DNA of 64,000 nt, taken from the human T2T-CHM13v2.0 reference genome, Homo sapiens. The stretch lies in the NCBI RefSeq assembly GCF_009914755.1, contig NC_060939.1; one strand, 5' to 3'. The notes under the pieces were generated by a model. The model made no database searches. It was given only the letters and a program-made list of their open reading frames with translations, and was not told where the DNA came from. A program made the position numbers and the translations under genes. Positions 61,353 to 64,000 of the stretch are shown piece after piece; positions within the stretch are counted from its first letter, which is position 1, and each line of letters starts with the position of its first letter.

Positions 61353-61699
61353 CATGTGTACGTATATGTATATGCAACACCTGTGAGACCCCCATTCAGG
61401 TCAAGGAAAACCATTGCCTGCACCCCAAGGGCCCCATATTTGCCCCTCCCCATCACAGTCCTGCCCTTCACCCTCAAGCACGGTCCTAAACTTGTCTGCA
61501 CTTTAGAAACACCTGGAGAGCATTGAAAACTCTGCTGCCTAAGGTCAGCATCAATCAAAACAATGAAATCAATGAAACAATGAAACCAGAGCTTCTAGGT
61601 GTGTGGCCTGGATAGTGGTAGATTCAAAGCTCCACCCACCTCATCCCAGGTACATTTGATGTGCAGCTGAGATTGGGGCACATTCCAGGTCATCGTCTT

Positions 61700-64000
61700 C
61701 TGTCAGTCATTTCCCTGCTTTCGTTTGAATTTTACCATTCTTGTATGCAGCCTTATACGACATAGTTGTGTTTGCTTTTGAGTGTTAGATAAATGGAATC
61801 CTGTGTATGTGCTTTTGTGTCGTTTTTGTCACTCAGCATTGTATAATCCATCCTTGTTGGGTCCTGGAGTTCATTTTTAATGCTATATGGTGTTCTGTTG
61901 TATGAATAATACCTCAAGTGATACAGCCTTGTTGATGGTCATTTTTATTGTTTCTGATTTTGGTCATTCCACATAATTCTTTGTGCAGTCTTCTGCACAT
62001 GTGCACAAGTTCCTTTGCAGAACATTGAGTTGAATTGCTAAGTCAGGAGATACCTTTAATTTTACTAGATAACTGTTGCCCCCAGCAGGGTGGGGTCTAC
62101 TGTGGCTAAAATGTCAGGTAGATGCACACTGGTTTTAATTGGCATTTCCCTGGATACTGATGAGGTTGAGTAGCTTTTCATTTGTTTTGGATGGCTGGGC
62201 ATGGTGGCTCACACCTGTAGTCCCAGCACTTTGGGAGGCTAAGCAGGGAGATTGCTTGAGGCGAAGAGTTCATATGTTTATTGGCCACTTGGAGTTTTTC
62301 TGTTGTCAAGTGCCTGTTCAAGTTTTCTGGCCTTTTAAAATGTTCTGTATTTTCCTTAGTGATTTTTCTTTTGGATATTTCAGATACAAGTCTTTTGAGA
62401 GTTAGTATTCAGAGTATCTTCTGCTACAATGTAGTTTGTTTCAGTCTCTCTTGGTATTACCAATTTTAATACTTAGGTGATGCTTACTCCATGCCAGGTA
62501 AGGCTCAAAGTGCTTTACAAGTATCAACTTATTTTGATAAAATAAGCTTATCAGTAGTTTTCTTTATAGTTAAATTCTATTTGTGCATGTGTGTGTCTGT
62601 GGTTTAGCAAATGTTTCCCACCCATGGGGTCTTTTTTATTGTGGTAAAATATACTGAACATAAAATTTATGTTCAATAAAAAACAAAAATTGTTTTTAAC
62701 CATTTTAAGTACATAGTTCAGTGACATTATATGCATTCACTGTTGTGCAACCGTCACCCCTATGCATTTCCAGAACTTTTTCATCATTCTATGCTGAAAC
62801 TCTGTGCATTAAACACTTAACTCGTCAGTCTCCCCTTCCCCAGCCCCAGGCAACCACAGTCCTAACCTTCTGTTCCTATGATACTGTAAGTGCCTCATGT
62901 AAGTGAAATCCCATAGTATTTGTCTTTTTATGACTGGCTTATCTCACTTAGCAGCATGTCCTCCAAGTTCATCCATGATGTAGCTTATGTATCTAGACTT
63001 CCTGCCTTTTAAAGGCTAAGATTCTGTTGTATGTATACACTGCGTTTTATTCATCCGTGCATTGGTGGATATCTGAGTTGTTCACTACAGTCAATAATGT
63101 TGCTGGGAACATGGGTGTACAACTCTCTTGAGTCTCTGCTTTCAGTTCTTTTGGATATATACCCAGAGTGGAATTGCTGGATTGTGTGGTAATTCTAAAT
63201 TTTTTTGAGGAACTGCCCTGTTTCCCACAGAGGCTGCATCATTTTACATCCCCACTGGAAGTGCACACAAATCCTAATTTCTCCACATCCGCGTCCACAC
63301 TTGTTTTCTATTTCTGGTTAACAGCCATCCTAATGGGTGTGAAGTGGTATTTCATTGTGGGTTTTTTTTTTTTTTTTTGGACAGGGTCTCTCTGTTGTCC
63401 AGGCTGGAGTACAGCCTCCACCTTCTGGGCTTAAGCCATCCTCCCGGGTAGCTGGGGCTACAGGCACGTGCCACCACATCTGGCTAGTTTTTTGTATTTT
63501 TAGTAGAGATGGGGTTGTTGCATATTGCCCAGGCTGGTCTCAAACTGCTGGGCTGAAGCGATCCACTTGCCTTAGCCTCCCAAAGTACTAGGATTATAGG
63601 CATGAGCCATCATGCCTGGCCAAGCCATTTTTTAAAATGGACAAAAGTCAACAAAGACGACAGAAGGATAGCAAGTGAGCATATGAGAAGATGCTCTACA
63701 TCATTAGTCATTAGGGAGTTGTAAATGAAAACCATAGTGAGACACCACTCCATACACAGAATAACTAGAATTACATAAAGGCTGAACATACCAACTGTTG
63801 GTGAAGATGTGGAGAAACTGGAACCTTCATACATTACTGGTAGGAATGTAAAATGGTACAACTGCTTTGGAAAACAGTTTGGCATTTCTTCTTTTTTAAG
63901 ATGGAGTCTTGCTCTGTTGCCCAGGCTAGAGTGCAGTGGTGCAATCTCAGCTCACTGCCACTTCCGCCTCCTGAGTTCAAGGAATTCTCCTTCCTCAGCC
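61700..64000. mobile_element. Old L1 3' fragments (both orientations) with Alus (~62190-62260, ~63360-63620-, ~63890-64000-)
   Basis: L1M-like TGGCTTATCTCACTTAGCA..., GAGTGGAATTGCTGGAT and TGTAAAATGGTACAACTGCTTTGGAAAACAG; Alu consensus. Confidence 0.7.
62675..62680 (+). terminator. RCCD1: AATAAA, candidate distal RCCD1 polyadenylation signal
   Basis: First canonical hexamer I found after the RCCD1 stop; it lies within old L1-like sequence. Confidence 0.5.

Overview
Mammalian (human-like, Alu-dense) genomic DNA carrying four spliced protein-coding genes that I reconstructed exon by exon: MAN2A2 (+, 22 coding exons, 1150 aa), HDDC3/MESH1 (-, 4 exons, 179 aa), UNC45A (+, 20 exons, 944 aa, with an alternative donor giving 929 aa) and RCCD1 (+, 7 coding exons, 376 aa). 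This gene order matches human 15q26.1. The most striking observation is an intact three-exon ORF (33624-33726, 33922-34132, 34527-34704) in what would be the 5' leader of the long UNC45A transcript. It encodes a 163-aa type I membrane protein with a signal peptide, a six-cysteine Shisa-like (SHISAL1/KIAA1644-type) domain, an N-glycan sequon, a TM helix and a CC motif. It could be an upstream cistron of UNC45A or splice in frame to UNC45A exon 2, giving a 1084-aa membrane-tethered myosin chaperone. Other notable items: a ~100-bp non-Alu inverted repeat bracketing a MAN2A2 exon, a 75-nt in-frame MAN2A2 cassette exon, a GC-AG intron, a stray copy of UNC45A exon 6, a duplicated 'poison' donor in RCCD1, and HDDC3 nested antisense in the long UNC45A unit. 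Repeat boundaries and family assignments are approximate and read by eye; no searches were run.
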